NCBI GenBank assembly: GCA_012728595.1
Contig: JAAYEU010000034.1
Coordinates: forward strand, 3,328-67,327
Direction: 5' to 3'
Source: Tissierellia bacterium
GTDB taxonomy: Bacteria; Bacillota; Clostridia; Tissierellales; Tepidimicrobiaceae
DNA length: 64,000 nucleotides
Both the position numbers and the translations under genes were made by a program. Positions 60,865 to 64,000 of the stretch are shown here, in pieces (position 1 is the stretch's first letter; each line of letters opens with the position of its first letter). Under the pieces are notes generated by a model, which was not told the origin of the DNA, ran no database searches, and saw nothing but the letters and a program-made list of their open reading frames with translations.

Positions 60865-62247
60865 ATGAAAGAATTGACCCCAAAAACCATTGTAGAGGAA
60901 TTAGATAAGTACATTGTTGGCCAAAAGGAAGCTAAAAAAGCTGTAGCAATAGCTCTTAGAAACAGATATAGGAGAAGTCTGTTACCCGATGAGTTTAAAG
61001 ATGAGGTAAAACCTAAAAACATACTCATGATAGGGCCTACTGGAGTTGGTAAAACTGAAATTGCCAGACGCTTGTCTAAATTAGTTGATATGCCTTTTGT
61101 AAAAGTTGAGGCTACCAAGTTTACCGAAGTAGGATATGTTGGAAGAGATGTAGATTCCATGGTAAGAGATTTGGTTGAAGAATCCATCAGGATGGTAAGG
61201 GAAAAGAAGATAGATGAAGTTTATGAAAAAAGTAAGGAACTGGCAATTGATAAAATAGTAGAAATTATGATGCCCTTCCCTTCTAGAAAGAGAAGCAGTA
61301 ATCCCATAGAGATGTTGTTTAATCCAGTAGAAGAAGACGACTCATTAGAAGAGGAAAGGGAACACATCCGAGACAAACGAAAGGAACTGAAGGAGAAATT
61401 ATTAAAAGGCGAGCTAGATCAGGAGATAATAGAAATCCAAGTAGAAGATAACTATAGTTCAACTGTAGAATTATTCAGTGGACTTGGGATTGAAGAATAC
61501 AATATAAATATGGGAGATATTTTTGGAGATTTATTGCCCAAAAAAACGAAGAAGAAAAAAGTCACCGTTAAGGAGGCAAAAAAGATAATTAGCAATCAAG
61601 AAGCTCAAAAGCTAATAGATATGGATGAAGTTGTAGAAATAGGAATAAAGCAAGCAGAGGAAAATGGAATGATCTTTATCGACGAAATCGATAAGATCGC
61701 CGGAAAAGATTATGGCGGTGGGCCCGATGTGTCTCGGGAAGGCGTTCAACGGGATATACTGCCAATAATTGAGGGGACTACTGTAATGACCAAATATGGG
61801 CCTGTTAAAACTGACCATATTCTTTTCATAGCAGCTGGAGCTTTCCATGTATCAAAAGTAGGAGATTTGATACCAGAAATCCAAGGAAGATTTCCAATTA
61901 GGGTGGAACTAGAAAATTTAACTGAAGAAGATTTTAAAGCGATTCTGACAAAACCCAAAAATGCAATAATTAAGCAATATAAATACCTCATTGGGACTGA
62001 AGGAATAGATTTAGAGTTTACTGACGATGCAATTGATGCTATTGCAAGAGTAGCATATCTTTCTAATGAGCAAACAGAAAACATTGGAGCAAGAAGATTA
62101 CAAACCGTAATGGAAAAGCTCCTTGAGGATATATTATTTGAAGCACCAAATTTAGATGTGAAGGAAATAGTAATCGATGGAAGTTATGTTAATAAAAAGT
62201 TGATGGCATATATACGCGAAAAAGATATATCAAAATATATATTATAG
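60865..62247 (+). CDS. hslU: ATP-dependent protease ATPase subunit HslU (CodX/ClpY)
   Basis: 460 aa. [14 protein letters not shown] Walker A, IFIDEIDK Walker B. Confidence 0.96.
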   Translation: MKELTPKTIVEELDKYIVGQKEAKKAVAIALRNRYRRSLLPDEFKDEVKPKNILMIGPTGVGKTEIARRLSKLVDMPFVKVEATKFTEVGYVGRDVDSMVRDLVEESIRMVREKKIDEVYEKSKELAIDKIVEIMMPFPSRKRSSNPIEMLFNPVEEDDSLEEEREHIRDKRKELKEKLLKGELDQEIIEIQVEDNYSSTVELFSGLGIEEYNINMGDIFGDLLPKKTKKKKVTVKEAKKIISNQEAQKLIDMDEVVEIGIKQAEENGMIFIDEIDKIAGKDYGGGPDVSREGVQRDILPIIEGTTVMTKYGPVKTDHILFIAAGAFHVSKVGDLIPEIQGRFPIRVELENLTEEDFKAILTKPKNAIIKQYKYLIGTEGIDLEFTDDAIDAIARVAYLSNEQTENIGARRLQTVMEKLLEDILFEAPNLDVKEIVIDGSYVNKKLMAYIREKDISKYIL

Positions 62248-62259
62248 AGGAGGATATAG

Positions 62260-63042
62260 ATGACTGAAAGTTTATTGCAAAAAACAAGAAGACTAAATAA
62301 GACACTACAGAGTTCAGGTTCAAAACCCGTCTCATTTCAAGAGTTAAGTGCAATATTAAGCGAGATCTTAGATGCAAACGTCTATATAGCTAGTAAAAAG
62401 GGAAAGGTATTAGGTTATGAATTAGCAACAGGCTTTGAATGTGATATAGTTCAAACTGAAATAGTAAATGAAAAGAGATTTCCCAAAAACTATAACGATG
62501 AGCTCTTAAGAGTTAATGAAACTAGAGAAAATGTTAAAGAAACTACCGAATGTGTATTTGATCAAGCTTCACACTGCGACTATCCAGACAAGATAGTAAC
62601 AATTATACCCATTATCAGTGGTAGGGAGAGGTTGGGTACCCTTGTTCTAGCAAGGTTTGGCAGAACGTTTACAGAAGATGATCTGGTATTAGCTGAATAT
62701 AGTGCTACCATAGTTGGAATGGAGATATTAAGATCTAAGACTGAGGAGATGGAGGAGGAATCCAGAAAAAGGGCAATGGTTCAAATGGCTATTAGCACCT
62801 TATCCTACTCAGAACTTGAAGCCATGGAGCATATATTCGAAGAGCTAGATGGTGAGGAAGGATTGTTGGTAGCAAGTAAAGTTGCAGATAGAGTAGGGAT
62901 TACCAGATCGGTAATAGTCAATGCCTTAAGAAAATTAGAATCAGCTGGCGTTATCGAGTCCAGGTCCCTAGGAATGAAAGGAACCCATATCAAAATATTG
63001 AATGATAAGCTATTAGAGGAGTTGGACAAATTAAAAGAATAG
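62260..63042 (+). CDS. codY: GTP/branched-chain-amino-acid-sensing global repressor CodY
   Basis: 260 aa. GAF-like N-domain, C-terminal w[41 protein letters not shown]. Confidence 0.96.
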   Translation: MTESLLQKTRRLNKTLQSSGSKPVSFQELSAILSEILDANVYIASKKGKVLGYELATGFECDIVQTEIVNEKRFPKNYNDELLRVNETRENVKETTECVFDQASHCDYPDKIVTIIPIISGRERLGTLVLARFGRTFTEDDLVLAEYSATIVGMEILRSKTEEMEEESRKRAMVQMAISTLSYSELEAMEHIFEELDGEEGLLVASKVADRVGITRSVIVNALRKLESAGVIESRSLGMKGTHIKILNDKLLEELDKLKE

Positions 63043-63053
63043 TAAAGTCGTTT

Positions 63054-63084
63054 AAAAGTAGTGGAAAGGCCACTACTTTTTTTA
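63054..63084 (+). terminator. Rho-independent terminator after codY
   Basis: aaaagtagtgg(63054-63064)-aaagg-ccactactttt(63070-63080), followed by a T-run. Confidence 0.85.
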
Positions 63085-63213
63085 TTTATTTCTAGGTCTA
63101 TAGGCGCATTTGACATTATAACCAAAATTTAGCTATGAAATTGCAAAAAAATATTGTAATATATAAAATGATGGCGAAAAATACCGGACTAATAGTGCAT
63201 TGTAATATTTTTG

Positions 63214-63242
63214 TAAAAAATAATAAAAAAAGCTGATATAAT
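63214..63242 (+). promoter_or_regulatory. Promoter region of the flagellar (flgB) operon: overlapping sigma-A extended -10 and sigma-D-like -10
   Basis: TGaTATAAT at 63234-63242. The same bases contain GCTGATAT (63232-63239; 7/8 match to sigma-D GCCGATAT), with TAAA at 63214-63217 and a 14-nt spacer. Confidence 0.4.
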
Positions 63243-63293
63243 GTTGATAAAAAGGCCGTTGTGTATTATGATTTAAAGTAATGAGGTGATTCT

Positions 63294-63701
63294 ATGTATG
63301 CTAACTTTAAAAACAATATAGACCTATTCAACAGGGTACTAGATGGCATATGGCTTCGAAACAAAGTCATAAATCATAATATAGCTAATGCTGATACGCC
63401 TAAATATAAAAAGCTTACTGTAAGCTTTGAGGACAAACTTAGGGAAGCCTTGTCGAAATCTGACTCGAAACTAGTTAAAACCCACGAAAAACATTTACCA
63501 TTTCCAGTAAATACTAAGGATATTCAGCCAAGGATTGAAGAAAACGACAAATTTTCCTATCGCTTTGATGGGAATAATGTAAACATAGATACGGAGATGG
63601 CAGACCTAGCAAAAAATACTATAATGTATAACGCTGTAATCGATCAGCTAATTAGTGAATTCGACAAAATTAAAAATGTTATCCATGAAGGGGGTAAATA
63701 G
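63294..63701 (+). CDS. flgB: Flagellar basal-body rod protein FlgB
   Basis: 135 aa. NIANADTPKYK motif. codY-flgB-flgC synteny. Confidence 0.92.
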   Translation: MYANFKNNIDLFNRVLDGIWLRNKVINHNIANADTPKYKKLTVSFEDKLREALSKSDSKLVKTHEKHLPFPVNTKDIQPRIEENDKFSYRFDGNNVNIDTEMADLAKNTIMYNAVIDQLISEFDKIKNVIHEGGK

Positions 63702-63703
63702 TA

Positions 63704-64000
63704 ATGGGTATGTTCGATTCCATTAACATCAGTGCCTCTGCTTTAACAGCACAAAAAACCAGAATCGATATTATTAGCAAGAACATGGCCAATGTCAACA
63801 CTACTAGAAGTACAGGTGGAATGCCTTACAGAAGACAAATGGTAGTATTTGAGGAACAGAAGGGTTCTAACTTTGCCACTTATTTAGAAAGGCATACCAA
63901 TAAATTTAATGGAAAAGGAGTAGAAATTAGTGACATTGTAGAGGATACTACTCCCTACAAGTTAAAATACGAGCCAGGCCATCCTGATGCTAATGAAGAT
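63704..64000 (+). CDS. flgC: Flagellar basal-body rod protein FlgC, N-terminal part (runs off window)
   Basis: MGMFDSINISASALTAQKTRIDIISKNMANVNTTRS... is the canonical FlgC N-terminus. No stop before 64000. Confidence 0.9.
   Translation, partial: MGMFDSINISASALTAQKTRIDIISKNMANVNTTRSTGGMPYRRQMVVFEEQKGSNFATYLERHTNKFNGKGVEISDIVEDTTPYKLKYEPGHPDANED

Overview
AT-rich core-genome segment of a spore-forming, flagellated low-GC Firmicute (Clostridia/Tissierellia-like; species cannot be named from the sequence). I call about 72 protein genes, of which 68 are on the + strand, plus one tRNA-Pro(GGG) and one TPP riboswitch. Gene order is a compacted version of the Bacillus subtilis ylm/yly/ylo/ylb/ylq backbone: plsY'-gpsA-spoIVA; yggS-sepF-yggT-ylmH-divIVA; ylyA-lspA-rluD-pyrR; rqcH(-); yicC-remA-gmk-rpoZ-coaBC-priA-def-fmt-rsmB-stp-prkC-rsgA-rpe; thiT-thiN; rpmB(-); asp23-fakA-recG-rsmD-coaD; ylbJ(-), tmcAL(-); ackA; yceD-rpmF-plsX-acpP-rnc-smc-ftsY-ylxM-ffh-rpsP-khpA-rimM-trmD-rplS-rbgA-rnhB-ylqG-ylqH-yraN-comM-dprA-topA-hslVU-codY-flgB-flgC'. 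Intergenic space is small and mostly explained by promoters and rho-independent terminators. I found no transposase, integrase, CRISPR array, restriction or defence genes, prophage remnant or compositional break. I therefore judge this an ordinary housekeeping region and do not claim a novel system. The modest items worth a second look are: the FliK-C-like / pre-cleaved FlhB-C-like pair (ylqG/ylqH); a 190-nt gap where rlmN normally sits; two unannotated small membrane ORFs (43 and 56 aa); an orphan membrane-fusion-like protein; a perfect 14+14 nt palindrome in the ylxM-ffh leader; and an orphan pyrR. All coordinates and motifs were read by eye, and no database search or folding calculation was possible.
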